Source: Octopus sinensis (Eukaryota). From it: a DNA stretch of 64,000 nucleotides. The translations under genes and the position numbers were made by a program. The stretch lies in the NCBI RefSeq assembly GCF_006345805.1, contig NC_042999.1, forward strand, positions 158,782,001 through 158,846,000, given 5' to 3'. The first letter of the stretch is position 1. Every line of letters begins with the position of its first letter. This document shows positions 13,021 through 26,842 of this stretch, in pieces. The notes beneath the pieces are model-generated. The model did not search any database. It saw only the letters and a program-made list of their open reading frames with translations, and was not told where the DNA came from.

Positions 13021-13964
13021 AGTTTATGCATGTATCTAGGTGTCTGTGTTTGTTCCCCCACCATCGCTTGACAACCGATTCTGGTGTGTTACGTTCCCAT
13101 GAATAGCGGTTCGGTAAAAGAGACCGACAGAATATTTCTGGGATTGATTTGTTTGATTAAAGGCATAGCCACAGTCAAATGACTGCAACAAGTAAAATAA
13201 TAAAAGAATATATATGCATACACACATACATACATAAAAATACATACACACACACACACACACATGGGTACAGGACGTCACCAACGGTAAACAACCTGAA
13301 ATGCGAAGACATTAAATACGCAAATAACAAAAGAAAAAATGAATAACAACACAAGTAAAACGAAGAATACATCGAACGACCGTTCATGAGTTATCGGCTA
13401 TCTACTCCCCATTTTGAGCAATCAACGACAATATGAGTCTTCGAAGACAGTTGCTCCCATAAATACCAAAATAAAATTTGGGATTTATGGAGGGTCAAAG
13501 TTGGGAACAAAAACAGGACAGTGGAGACATACGGGTAAACCGAACGAAAAGAAACAAGGGGGGTCGTTAGACCTGAACGAGAGGAAAATAGTGAATGCTG
13601 AGAGATAGTAGATGCCCAGTCCTTAGAAGGTCCGTGCATTTGTATGTATGCATGTATGTATGTGTATGTATATGAAAAACAATAAATAAGTATTTGCAAA
13701 CAGGTCTCCCTTCATCGAAAACCGGTGATTGCCGTACGCCGAAGACAAGCAAATACCTAGAAACTGCAGTCCGTGCGTATCACTTAGGTTTACGAGAGAG
13801 GGATGACCTCCCTTTGCAAATACCATAAGGTAACAGAAAGTGTGCCTAAAGCCAGCTGGAGACGATGATCTCCTGGGGCTAAAAGCTACAGTAACACCCA
13901 CCCTTAGTGGTTAGCCATATTGAGATGGCTAGTATACTATACGTATATGTATATTGTTTTCCAG

Positions 13965-14030
13965 AAATATGAAGGCTAGTTGTCACAAGCAGAATTTTTC
14001 TCAATTCTGCATAACGATAAACGTATTTGT
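13965..14030 (+). CDS. Candidate 66-nt internal exon, product unknown
   Basis: TTGTTTTCCAG acceptor, GTAAGT donor, one open frame (NMKASCHKQNFSQFCITINVF). No homology recognised. Confidence 0.2.
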
Positions 14031-14486
14031 GTAAGTGAATGTGTGTAGCATACTTAATTTAAACCCGTGTATAACAGGTACACTATTGATCAATCTGGGT
14101 GCTTTAAGAAGAGAAATGCTAAGACCTAAATTCGGGAGAATCACGATTGTTACGAAATACGTCACTTTCCATTGTGTTTCTCTTAATTTCCTGTTTAATC
14201 GTTTATCTTGTATATTTTACTTGTTTCAGTTATTGGATTGCTACCATACTGGGGCGACGCCTTGAGAGGTTCAGAAGAACTAGTCGACTCCTGCTTTTTT
14301 TTTTTTTTTGGTGAGGCTGGTTCATATTCTATCAGACTCTGGCGCCGAACTGCTACTGTACTCGAACAGAAACAAACCAACAGAGGTTATCAAGTGAGAG
14401 CCAAACACAAATGAACACACATAAAGACACAGACACATACATGCATACACGTCTACATATGTATACACACACACACACACACACGC

Positions 14487-14526
<40 letters not shown>

Positions 14527-14559
14527 GCACACACACACACACGCACACACACACACACG

Positions 14560-14607
<48 letters not shown>

Positions 14608-15212
14608 GCGGAAGAATTTTTAGTTATATTAATCGACCACAGCACTTATTTTTTGTTGAGCCTGCTAATTATTTTATCGGCCACTTTTTGTCAGACCGCT
14701 AGATTTCTTGTTAAGCGGTGGTAGGAGACAAAAACCTATATGCAGACACTCATTCGCTCGCGCGCGCATACATCCATACATACACATACTCACACACACA
14801 TATATGTATGAATTACGTATGCATGTATGTACATGATATATGTATGCATATGAGAGACTTCTTTCAGATTTCGTCAACCAAAGCCACTCACAAGGTTTAG
14901 GTAATCGTCGAGTTATAGTCGAAGACACTTGCACGAGTTGCTGCGCAGTGAGACCGAACGCCAGCCCACATGGTTTGGAAGCAGGCTTCTCAACCGCACA
15001 GCCATTAATTTCTAAAACAAGTTCTGTGGGACAGTAGTGAATCGATTAAATCTGACCCCGTAATCCATTTTTCAGAGAAGGATGGAGGACAAATTTATTC
15101 CCTGCAAGATTTGAACGCAGAAACGTAAACGGCCGGAATGAATAATGTAAAGTACTAAGTTCGACGTTGTAACATTTCTGTCACCACTGGTTTAAAAATA
15201 TATATATATATA

Positions 15213-15605
15213 CTAGCAGTATCGCCCGGCGTTGCTCGGGTTTGTAAGGGAAATAACTATATAAGCATTTTTAGAGATGTAAAGTACAATAGCCATCTCA
15301 ATATGGCTAACCACAAAGGGGGGGGGGGTTACTGTAGCCTTTTACGTTCTGAGATTTAATAATACATTTTTAGAGAGTTACTTCCCTTATACAATAGCAA
15401 AAAAATGCATTAAAAATGGGGAAAAATGATGGTAATTTTTTTTAAATCGTAGACTCATCGTAGACGCGCGCTAATACCCAGAAGGGCTCGATATGAATCA
15501 CGACTATAAGATACCCGGTTTTGGTTAAACTGCACCGCAAAATGTGGGAGTAGTTAGGAATCTAAATCGTAGGAGACAGACACACAACTTCACTTTTATA
15601 TATAT
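15213..15605 (-). mobile_element. Non-autonomous Helitron H1 (long variant)
   Basis: CTAG end at 15213-15216 with CCCGGCGTTGCTCGGG hairpin; 5' end runs into (TA)n. Confidence 0.85.
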
Positions 15606-15639
15606 ATATATATATATACTTTCTTTCTTAAAATTTAAG

Positions 15640-16070
15640 GTACAAGCCCATTATTTTGAAAGGAGAGGTTTGTTGATTAACTGATCTCATGATGCTACAT
15701 GTTATCAACTCCGGGTGGATGCAAGGCAAATTGTTGTTGTAGGATTTGAATTCAGAAACGTAAAGACGGACGAAAATGTTGCTTAGCATTTTGTCCGGCG
15801 TGTTAACATTTCCGCCAGTGGGCTGACTTAAAGAAAAAAAAAGCAGAAATATCTTAATAAATTATGATTTCAAATTTTGGCACAAGGCCAGCAACTTTGA
15901 GAGGAGAGGAAAGTCTGTTTACATCGATTCCAGTACATGACTGGTTCTTATTTCATTGATCCCCGAAAATATGAAAATGAAGTCGACCTCGACGGAATTT
16001 GAGCTCAGAACGTAAAGACGGACGAAATTCTGTTAAACATTTTGTACCACGTGCTAGCAGCTCTGGACCC
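15640..16070 (-). mobile_element. Two tandem SINE family B copies
   Basis: Reverse complements of the GGCGGTGAGCTGGCAGAAACGTTAGCACGCCGGGCGAAATGC family seen at 55650. Confidence 0.75.
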
Positions 16071-16105
16071 ATTACTCGCGCAATACCAACTACGAATATA
16101 TATAT

Positions 16106-16108
16106 ATC

Positions 16109-16140
<32 letters not shown>

Positions 16141-16216
16141 TATATACATACATATTTATATATATATATATAATATAATATATATATATATGTATGTATA
16201 TTATATATATATTATG

Positions 16217-16250
<34 letters not shown>

Positions 16251-16810
16251 GATATATATATATCTATATATATATATAATAAGATCTATATATATAATAT
16301 ATATATATATATATTATTAATATTATGTTTATATATAAACATCTATACATATATATATATTATTATATATATATTATGAATATATATATATATATATATA
16401 TATATTTAATATACATATATATATTATATATATAGATAGATTTAATATATTAGATATATATATAAGCTATATATATATAATATATATATACATTATACAT
16501 AATAATCCATACATACTATATATATAATATATATATATTTATTTCTGTTAAATATATGTATATATTATATATATATATATATATAATATATATATATATA
16601 TATTTAATATCATGTTGTTGTTTGTGTTTTTTGTTTCCCTTTTGGATTAAAATTATATATATATATATATTTAATATATATAATATATTATATAGATGTT
16701 TAATATATATATATATATATAAATTTATATATATATATAATATATATATATTTAATATATATATATATTGTGTTAATATATATATATATATATAATATAT
16801 ATATTATATA

Positions 16811-16850
<40 letters not shown>
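16106..16850. repeat. Large degenerate (TA)n tract
   Basis: Direct reading. Confidence 0.95.
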
Positions 16851-19310
16851 TATAGCAACATATTACCAGCTACTATAATGGCATTTATGCTGCTGCTGTT
16901 GCTGCTGCTAATACAACTACTGCTACCACCTCTCCTGCTGGTGATGATGATTATGACGACGACGGCGATGATGGCGACGACGTGGATTAAGAAGTTGGTG
17001 ACAATGATGTAATGTTGTTGTTGATGATGATGATGGTGATGATGTTGATAATGTCAGCGGTGCGGTGCTACTGTTGCTGGTGTTGGTGGTGATGGCCGCG
17101 TCGGCGGCGGCGGCGGCGCGGTAGTCTTAATGGTTGTGGTCGTGAGGTAAGGATTGGAGATACAGTAGTGTAATGGAAGAATAGGGATGGAGAAACATCT
17201 GCAACTGCAGCAGTAGCAATGCCTCAGCCGTAGTAAATAATGTTCCAACTAGACACATTTCATTATAAGAGCAAATAAATCATTCCATGCTAACGATATA
17301 ATGCTTGCCGTTGTTTAGTTATAGTTGTAACGGAGGATTATTATTAGCTGGTGTTGTTTTATAAGTACCTGGACATGAAAGGGGGGAAAAAAAAAAATAA
17401 TAATAATACACTCATCGAATTTTAGACTGATATAGAAATATATAAACATATTAAGCAGTCGAAAACAAACTCTGACACAAAGCACATGGATGTAAAGAAG
17501 TGAATGAGCGATAAATTGTTGGAGGGGATCTAAGGCAAAAGGAAAGAAAGACAAAAGAAAAGAATTGAACCGGAGCTGAGAGAAGGGGTTATTGAACAAA
17601 AGAAACAGATAAATAACAAAATAGGACAGAAGCAAAGAACTACAACGGGAGGGATTCTGTGCATGATATGTGTAAAAGTAATTTTTTTTCTGTTTTTTGT
17701 TTTTATTTTTTGTTGTTTTTGTTTTAATGTTACATTTGATCTCATGTGCGCATGAACGTTTTAGTTGCTATACATACATACGCATATATACACATACGCA
17801 TATACACACATGCTCACGTGCACACAAATTCACACGTGTATGTACATACACACATACATACATGTACATAAATACATGCATATACGGGAAAGAGGAAGAG
17901 AGAAAGAGAGAGAGAGATAGAGAGAGAGAGAGTGAGGAAAAAAAGAGAGAGAACGGGAGACAGACAGAAGAAGACTGTAAGAAATGCAGGTAATATTACG
18001 ATATCCGATGTTCAATAGGAAAAGAGTGAGATTACAAACAGATAATTGATTTTCGGTAAGAACTTCGGTATAAATAAAGCGAAGCATATTTAATAAACGA
18101 ATTCCGAACTAATTCTGAACTAAAGGTCCCCTAACTCAAGCGGAAACGGCGAAGAAATTAAAAACGAATAATATTACTTATGAAAAAAAAGAACAAGAAG
18201 CACACAAAAAAATAATCGAAGAAATAAAAACCAAAAGATCGGTGACAGGCCCCACCTTGGCATTTATTATGCTAAAGTTGGTGCTGTTTGATTGGTTGAA
18301 TATTCATATTTAACAGGAAGAACGAGGCGCCTTCTGAATGTATGTGACAGGAATACACGCTATCGTAGTGTCTTGATTCCTTTCTTATTTCTTCGTCAAA
18401 GAGTTTTCTCGGCGTTTACAGTCAAAAGTTGTTTTTACATCGTAGCAGTAACAACATTCTGTTTATAATCGAAATAAATTCCTCTTGAATATGAAGAGAT
18501 ACAGAATACTCAAAAATTATTAATAAATAGAAAAAAAAAAAGAAAATAGAAAAATATACTTCTGCAATTATATCGTCATAGAATATATGATATACATGAA
18601 ACTTTGCAAAGTGGATAGGGTTGCAAGGAAGAAAGATTAACGGATAAACATTTGATGCTTACGGTATTTATTAATTATCTAAATAATTTAAATCCAAGAA
18701 AATGTGTTGATAAAACAAAATAATGAAAGAATAAGTGTTAAGTATACAATGAAAAAAAAAGTACAATGGTTTGTTAAACGTATTTAAAACAGTTCTATCA
18801 TTTTACTTGAAAAGGACTTTCAATATATTTAATAAAACATCTAATAAATGTAATAAATCCCTGAACAAGTGAAATTGCGAACTATTAAAGTCAACAAAGC
18901 GCGAGAATCTCAATTTCTAAAAGATTGGAGGTGAGTAAATCATTTTCTATTTCTAACGAAGTTATTTATGAGTGAATAAAATTGATTGAAACTATATAAC
19001 GCGTATATTAATGATTCAGAAATACAAAGAGATATGAAGACGCAAATATATAAATACATAGACCTAACAAGAACGCATTAAAGTTATATACATGTGTTTG
19101 GGGCTGTCTGTCTACATACATACGCATAAACACGTACAAACAGACGAACAGCTTTTGATATAAAACTATTGTATGAGTATTCTTATACATAAAATACATA
19201 AAATCGAAATATTTTTTGTGTAATAGTTGTATACATTTCTGTGTTGATATATAGATGCACCTATGCACGAAATATTTGTACATGCACACAAACATATACA
19301 TGCACACAAC

Positions 19311-19352
<42 letters not shown>

Positions 19353-19480
19353 ACACACACGCACACACATAAGACACTCGTGCTTGTGTATGTGTATATA
19401 TGTGTGTGCTATCATGTGTATATGAGCATGTGATTGTATCGAAAAGTATTTAAAAATATTTACATGTCTATCTATCTATC

Positions 19481-19519
<39 letters not shown>

Positions 19520-19951
19520 GTCTATCTATCTATTTATCTTTCTTTCTTTCTTTCTATCTGTCTCAGTAGGTATATAATTATCTATCTATTTATTTAACTA
19601 TTTATGAACACACGCGCGCGCTCACACACACACACACACTGTCTTTTGTCAATCTCGCTGCGTATATTTTGCAAACATTAAAATACATTCGTATTATACG
19701 TCCATAATATGTACCAAAAACTTACAAAGATATCCAACTAGGACAGTCTTAGAAGAATTCTAAGAGATACCCTTAAGTCGATTGGTAGAATTGTTTGTAT
19801 TGTTGCTAATGAACGTTCCGCAAATATATCTTTAAACTTTTAAAGGTCCGATCAAACTTCTGGTTACATTGTTTTTTACTAGTGTTACTTTATCGAGTTT
19901 TCTCAGGAGTAATTTCTCTTTGCTCGCTATAAGCCTTCATAATTATATGAG

Positions 19952-20332
19952 GTGTGGTAAGTAGCTTGTTTACCAGCCACATGGTTCCGGGTTCAGTCCC
20001 ACTGCGTGGCACCTTGGGCAAGTGTCTTCTGCTATAGCCTCGGGCCGACCAAAGCCTTGTGAGTGGATTTGGTAGACGGAAACTGAAAGAAGCCTGTCGT
20101 ATATATGTATATATATGCGTGTCTGTGTGTGTCCCCCTAGCATTAATTGACAACCGATGCTGGTGTGTTTATGTCCCCGTTACTTAGCGGTTCGCGAAAA
20201 GAGACCGATAGAATAAGTACTGGGCTTACAAAAGAATAAGTCCCGGGGTCGAGTTGCTCGATTAAAGGCGGTGCTCCAGCATGGCCGCAGTCAAATGACT
20301 GAAACAAGTAAAAGAGTAAAAGAGTAAAGAGT
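19952..20332 (+). mobile_element. SINE family A
   Basis: Matches 6388-6777; tail (GTAAAAGA)n. Confidence 0.9.
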
Positions 20333-20432
20333 ATCACACGTAATATAATCCCTATCGAAAATAGGGAACTTTTCGAGAAGGTTCAATTGGTTTAATTGCC
20401 GGAGATAATTTATCAGATAGATATTTGATCGA

Positions 20433-20660
20433 CTGTGGAGTGCGTGGCTTAATGATTACGGTGTTGCAGTCATGGTCGTAAGATTGTGGGTTCAATTCTC
20501 GGACCGGACGATGCGTTGTGTTCTTGAGAAAAACGTTTCATTTTCACATTGCTCACGTCCACTCTGCTGAAATGAGTAGTCCTGTGACGGACTGGCATTC
20601 CGTCCAGGTGGGGTATATATACTCGACAGAATCCGGGAAACTGGCCTGATAAGCCGATGG
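20433..20660 (+). mobile_element. SINE family D, diverged
   Basis: Similar to 3640-3880. Confidence 0.7.
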
Positions 20661-20769
20661 TTCGGGAAGAACCTTTGATCTTTTTGATTTAATCGATTCA
20701 GGTAAACTTCCAACGCATAAGGTACTCAGTTGACCATTATTTCCTGTTAATTCACACAAATCTAATATT

Positions 20770-20985
20770 TTTTAAAAATTTTGGTACAAGGCCAGCAAAT
20801 TTGGGGGAGTAGAGATGGGCTAAGTTGTTTACATCGAGCCCGGTACTCAGTCAGTACTTATTTTATCGATCTCGAAGAGATGAAAGGCAAAGTCAACCTG
20901 AGCAGAATTTGAACTCAGAACGTAAAGACGGACGAAACACCGCCAAGCATTTCCACGGCGTGGTAACGATTCTGCTTGCTCGCCG
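20770..20985 (-). mobile_element. SINE family B
   Basis: Reverse complement of the 55650 family. Confidence 0.75.
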
Positions 20986-21297
20986 CATTACACAAAAACA
21001 AAGAGAAAAAAGGGGAATCTTAAAGCCTCTTGCCGTGATATGAAGGAAGTATGTACATGTATGAGGATTTTCTTTTGCGACGAGTTTTGTTACAAACATA
21101 CAATGTAGACAAAACAAACTCTACACTAAGCCAAGGCAGAGCATCTTATCTGTTGCTCGGTCTGCTAGAAACAGCAGCCGACTGCCTCAAATAGAATCTA
21201 TTATCTTAAAATGATCGACACACATAGGATAATGTACTCCCAGATTAACATGAAATTTAGGATGTGCCCGGCTGGAGCGCTTTTAATCAAATGCACA

Positions 21298-21402
21298 AGC
21301 GTGGCGGTGTGATAAGATGCTTACTTCCCAAACACATAGTTCCGGGTTCAGTCCCACTGCGTGTCACCTTGGACATGTTTTCTACTACAGCAGCGGACCG
21401 AC

Positions 21403-21433
<31 letters not shown>

Positions 21434-21710
21434 GTACACGTACACACACTGACATGTGTGTAACTATGTGTGTGTATGTAAGTGTGTATGTGTGATTGTC
21501 TTTGTGTCTTGTCACCCCCCACCGATTGCCAACCGGTGTTGGTGTGTCTACGTTCTCGTAACTTAAAAGTTAAGCAAAAGACACATAGAATAAGAACCAG
21601 ATTTAAAATAAGACTACTGGAGTCGATTCACTCGATTAAAAATTCTTCAAGGCGGTGCCCCAGCATGGTCGCTGCAGTCTAAAAGCTAAAACGAGTAAAA
21701 CACAAAAGAC
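21298..21710 (+). mobile_element. SINE family A, diverged
   Basis: GGTTCCGGGTTCAGTCCCACTGCGTG head, internal (CA)n, family tail. Confidence 0.75.
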
Positions 21711-21875
21711 ATGTATTTTGAATCAGAACGGCCTCCGACGCCACCACGATAGACACCGTAAACCATGCTGCCCGCTCAGGTAGGTTCATAAGTAAAGTAG
21801 TTATAAAAGAATACCAGAAATGCCTGAACACAGAGAGAGAGAGTAATAGAATTAAATAATGATTCTTTCCATATT

Positions 21876-22278
21876 GGAGTCGCTGTGTGGTAAGTAGCTT
21901 GTTTACCAACCACATGGTTCTGGGTTCAGTCCCACTGCGTGGCACCTTGGCCAAGTGTCTTCTACTATAGCCTCGGACCGACCAAAGCCTTGTGAGTGGA
22001 TTTGGTAGACGGAAACTGAAAGAAGCCCGTCGTATATATGTATATGTATATATATGCGTGTGTGTGTTTGTGTGTCTGTGTTTGTCCCCCTAGCATTGCT
22101 TGACAACCGATGCTGGTGTGTTTATGTCCCCGTTACTTAGCGGTTCGGCAAAACAGACCGATAGAATAAGTACTGGGCTTACAAAAGAATAAGTCCCGGG
22201 GTCGAGATGCTCGATTAAAGGCGGTGCTCCAGCATGGCCGCAGTCAAATGACTGAAACAGGTAAAAGAGTAAAAGAGT
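21876..22278 (+). mobile_element. SINE family A, full length
   Basis: Near-identical to the other young copies. Confidence 0.9.
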
Positions 22279-22546
22279 ATATTGTAAACATGGCTCAAAA
22301 GAAGTAATTGAGGTAACTATATTTTAATTATACTGCACAGTTGTAGCATTGTGTCCACTCTAATTCTTTTACAGTATGTATGTGTCTGTGTTTGTGACTG
22401 CATTGCACTGTGTGAACGTTTAAGATTAACAACACAGAAGTCACATGTTTCCGAGTTCAATCCTACTGAGAGGAACCTTGGATATGCGTCTTCTGAAGCT
22501 TATTTAGTGGACTTGGCAGATGTTTACGGAAACTGAAAGAAGCTCA

Positions 22547-22578
<32 letters not shown>

Positions 22579-22601
22579 ATGTATGTATGTATGTATGTAT
22601 G

Positions 22602-22640
<39 letters not shown>

Positions 22641-22642
22641 TC

Positions 22643-22704
<62 letters not shown>

Positions 22705-22722
22705 ATATATATATATAATATA

Positions 22723-22753
<31 letters not shown>

Positions 22754-22836
22754 TGAGGGAATATTATTCCAAACTTACAGGGACACATTCAAATACTAAT
22801 TTTTCATTATTGAATTGATAAAAGGTGTTTTTTTCT

Positions 22837-22893
<57 letters not shown>

Positions 22894-22989
22894 ACATCGT
22901 GCGATGTTGTAAATTGTCACCGTTTTATATTATTAATTTCGTGCATGCGCATTGTTTGTTTTTGAATTTGTCGACTACACAGTATAGTA

Positions 22990-23640
22990 GGAACAGTTGG
23001 GCACAGTCTGTGAGAAAATGGTACCATAATGCATTTCACTCTGCCAGAAATTTAGAAACAACATGCTGTACTGCTTGCCATTCGCGCCGGTATCTCCAAT
23101 ACGAACATTTCAGAATGTTTGGGTGTCAATCTGAGGACATGTACCGAGAAGGATAAAATTCAAACATCCAGTCAACATCGTGGTATTTGTAGTGATCACT
23201 AGGGATGGCGACGTTATGCTTCTATTTATCTTCCCACACGGCATCACACTCAACATGGAGGCCTATATCAAGTGCCTGGAGGCGGTAGTACTGCCCTGGG
23301 TCAAGAGGGTGTCTGCTGAAAGTCCCTATGTCTGGCAACAAGGACTCTGCACCATACCACAAAAGCAGGAAAACTCAGCCATGACTGTCAGACAATTTCT
23401 GCGACCACGCCCCCGAACATCTGGCCACCTCCCAGACTGCAATCCCCTAGATTATTATATGTGGGGCACAGTTGAGTGAGAGACCAACAAAACTCCTTGT
23501 AACACCAAAGATGAACTGAAGGCAAGGGTTATGGCAGCATTCACCAACTTAAGCAAGGAGACCGTCTAGAAGAGTTGCAGAAGATTCCGAGTTCGTCTGG
23601 AGGCAGTGATCGAAGTCAATGGCGATTTTATTGAATAAAT
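22990..23640 (+). pseudogene. Tc1/mariner (maT/DD37D-like) transposase remnant
   Basis: KHPV..VVFVVITRDGDVM..FIFPHG, PYVWQQ, PDCNPLDYYMWG.VE and SRLEAVIEVNGDFIE* with frameshifts. Confidence 0.85.
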
Positions 23641-23761
23641 TTACTCTTTAGTATTTCGAGATATTTTTCTGTAATTTTGGTAAATATATCTGTTAAAATG
23701 AGATGTCAGTGTTTTTTTTTTTTTTTTTTCATAATTTAGACAACAGTTTAGTCACTTTTAT

Positions 23762-23949
23762 TCATTTCAGTCATTCGACTGCGGCCATGCTGGAGCACCG
23801 CCTTTAGTCGAACACATCACCCCAGGACTTATTCTTTGTAAGCCAGTACTTATTGTATCGGACTCTTATGCCGAACCCTAAGTTATGGGGATGTAAACAC
23901 ACCACATCTGTTGTCCAGTGATGATGGGGCAAATACAGACACACAACAG

Positions 23950-23994
<45 letters not shown>

Positions 23995-24192
23995 TATATA
24001 TATACATATGTATATATGTAATATATCTATAACTATATATATATATACGATGGACTTCTTTCAGTTTCCGTCTACCAAATCCACTTACAAGACTTTGGTC
24101 TGTCCGAGGCTATAGTAGAAGACACTTGCCCAAGGTGCTGGGACAGAATCCGGAACAATGTGGCTGGTAAGCAAGCTACTTAGCATACAGCC
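23762..24192 (-). mobile_element. SINE family A
   Basis: Reverse complement of the family consensus with internal (TA)n. Confidence 0.85.
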
Positions 24193-24734
24193 ACTCATGT
24201 GTGTGTGTATGTATTGTGTGAGAGTGAGTGTGTGTGTGTGTGTGGTGTGTGAGTGTGTGTGTGTGTGTATGTGCTTCTCTGTCTGCGTGTCTGTGTATAT
24301 GTGTATCTGTCTGTATGCCTGTCTCTGTGTGTCTGTGTTATGGCACAGGCGTTGCTGAATGGTAAGAAGTTCGCTTTCCTCATGTTTTGGAATTCTGTCT
24401 CACTACCTGGCATCTTGGACAAGTGTTTTCTTCCGTAGCCCGGCCGACCAAAACCTTGTGAATAGATTTATTTGCTCCACTACTAATAGGTGTTGGTTTG
24501 TTTAAATCCTTGTAACGTTGCGGTTCTGAAAGTGACTGAAAGCATAAGAAGCAAGTTTTTAAAAACCAAGGTTTAGGAATCGATTCCGTAGAGGAAAGCA
24601 CTTCAGGGTTGTGGCTCATCATGGCCACAGTCTAATGACTGAAACAAGTAAAAGATGACAGATAAAAATACGTACGTACGTACCTACCTACATACCTACA
24701 TACATACATACATAACTTACATACATACAGTATA

Positions 24735-25141
24735 GGTGCAGGAGTGGCTGTGTGGTAAGTAGCTTGTTTACCAACCACATGGTTCCGGGTTCAGTCCCAC
24801 TTCGTGGCACCTTGGCCAAGTGTCTTCTACTATAGCCTCGGGCCGACCAAAGCCTTGTGAGTGGATTTGGTAGACGGAAACTGAAAGAGCCCGTCGTATA
24901 TATTATATATATGTATGTGTCGTGGTGTGTGTTTTGTGTGTCTGTGTTTGTCCCCCTAGCATTGCTTGACAACTGATGCTGGTGTGTTTACGTCCCCGTA
25001 ACTTAGCGGTTCGGCAAAAGAGACGATAGAATAAGTACTGGCTTACGAAGAATAAGTCCCGGGGTCGAGTTGCTCGACTAAAGGTGGTGCTCCAGCATGG
25101 CCGCAGTCAAATGACTGAAACAAGTAAAAGAGTAAAAGAGT
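24735..25141 (+). mobile_element. SINE family A, full length (a diverged copy lies at about 24340-24655)
   Basis: Head GGTGCAGGAGTGGCTGTGTGGTAAG to tail GTAAAAGAGTAAAAGAG. Confidence 0.9.
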
Positions 25142-25284
25142 ATACATACATACATATAATTTTGAAGATAATTCATGTTAAATTTTAAAAATAATCTAAA
25201 ACGCTTCTTAAATGCGTATTTAACATACTTTTGTTTATAGAAAGAAGTATCGTCAGTTTGTGTGTGTGTGTGTGGTGTGTGTGT

Positions 25285-25320
<36 letters not shown>

Positions 25321-26160
25321 CGTGTGTAATTCATGTTCATAAAAAAACAAGACTTCGAAATACTGTCGACAAATGCATAAATTAAACACATCAGTAAATA
25401 ATCTGTCTGTTTGAAGAGAAATGTTGAAGTTGATTTTAATTAGAGTGTAAGTTGTTGAGCATTCCAGACAAATATGTGCATTTTATTAATTTGAGGGAAA
25501 GATCAGCTGTCATTATGTGTCATTATGTGTGAAAAAAGTTGAATGAAAACTCGTCAGAACCTCGCCGACGAGCTTCCAAGCACTTTCCTTCTACAAAGGT
25601 TCACACAAAACCTCGTCTCGAGGTTTTGGGAAGAGACACGATGTCACACCAAACGAAAATCATGGTTCGAAAATAAATCATCTTAATATTCACAATGCCT
25701 TCAACCAAAGCGTCGAGGTTGTGATGATGTTTGGTCGATAACTGATGAGAAGTCTCTTGTGTGTTTTTTCCTGTTTCACTCCTCGCCTACACTCACACAC
25801 ACACACACACACACACAACACACACACACACACACACACATACTCACACACAAACACACACACATACACACTCAAACAAATATATCTATATCTACATATG
25901 AGTTAAAGAAAAGTGAAACAAGGACTATGGCATTTAAATTCAATTAGTTTAGTTGAATTTAAGAGAGTAAATGCCAATGCCATTTCGATAGAATCAATAG
26001 ATAAGCACCTTACAACTGTTTCACATCCAACTGGATATTTACTCGACCACAACTCCAGTCCTACTTTAAACTCAGATTCTAGTAGCTTGTAGGATGGCAC
26101 ACTCAGACCGCATACTTATTAAACTGGATTCCCTTGCCTTAAACTCCATCACCTCTCACT

Positions 26161-26193
<33 letters not shown>

Positions 26194-26434
26194 ATGTATA
26201 TATATATAAATGAAACCATGGCGACTGAAGAAGGGGGTTTTTCCTTGTATTATTTGTCTTGTACTCTATTTTTTTTAAAGAAAAATGTCCATTCCTGGGT
26301 TTGTGTCTATGTTTTCGTTTCTCATTGTGTTCGACGTTTTCTTTTGTGTCCTGTACTCATATATGCGTGTATATATACGTGTAGAGTAGGTACGTACATA
26401 TATGTATATATATATATATATGCATATGTTTTAT

Positions 26435-26480
<46 letters not shown>

Positions 26481-26501
26481 ATATGTATATATATATATAT
26501 A

Positions 26502-26723
26502 TTTGTAAATGTAATATGTGACAATTATTCAGTAGCCATGATGAAACTCCGCAGATTCGGATGCCGGGGTGGAAATCCACACCACCATCTCTACCAGTTA
26601 TCCGGCCATCGGAGAAATCCGATAGCCGGATAATTGAAGAGATGGCGCGTGGATTTCCACCCGGCATCCGAATCTCGGAGTTTTTATCACGGCTACCGAA
26701 TAACTGTCACATATTACATTTAC
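26502..26723. repeat. GC-rich near-perfect palindrome with central GAAA loop
   Basis: Arms of about 110 bp; centre ATCGGA-GAAA-TCCGAT; embedded in (TA)n. Confidence 0.88.
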
Positions 26724-26796
26724 AGATAAATTCCTCTATTTACATAATATCGAGGTCTCTTTCATTCTTTTGTTGTCTTACCATTTTTATCAATAT

Positions 26797-26841
<45 letters not shown>

Positions 26842-26842
26842 G

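Noticed and set aside
16860-17220. GC-rich run resembling a low-complexity coding exon
   Set aside because: It is a mosaic of degenerate GCT/GAT/GGC trinucleotide repeats with stops and no splice support.
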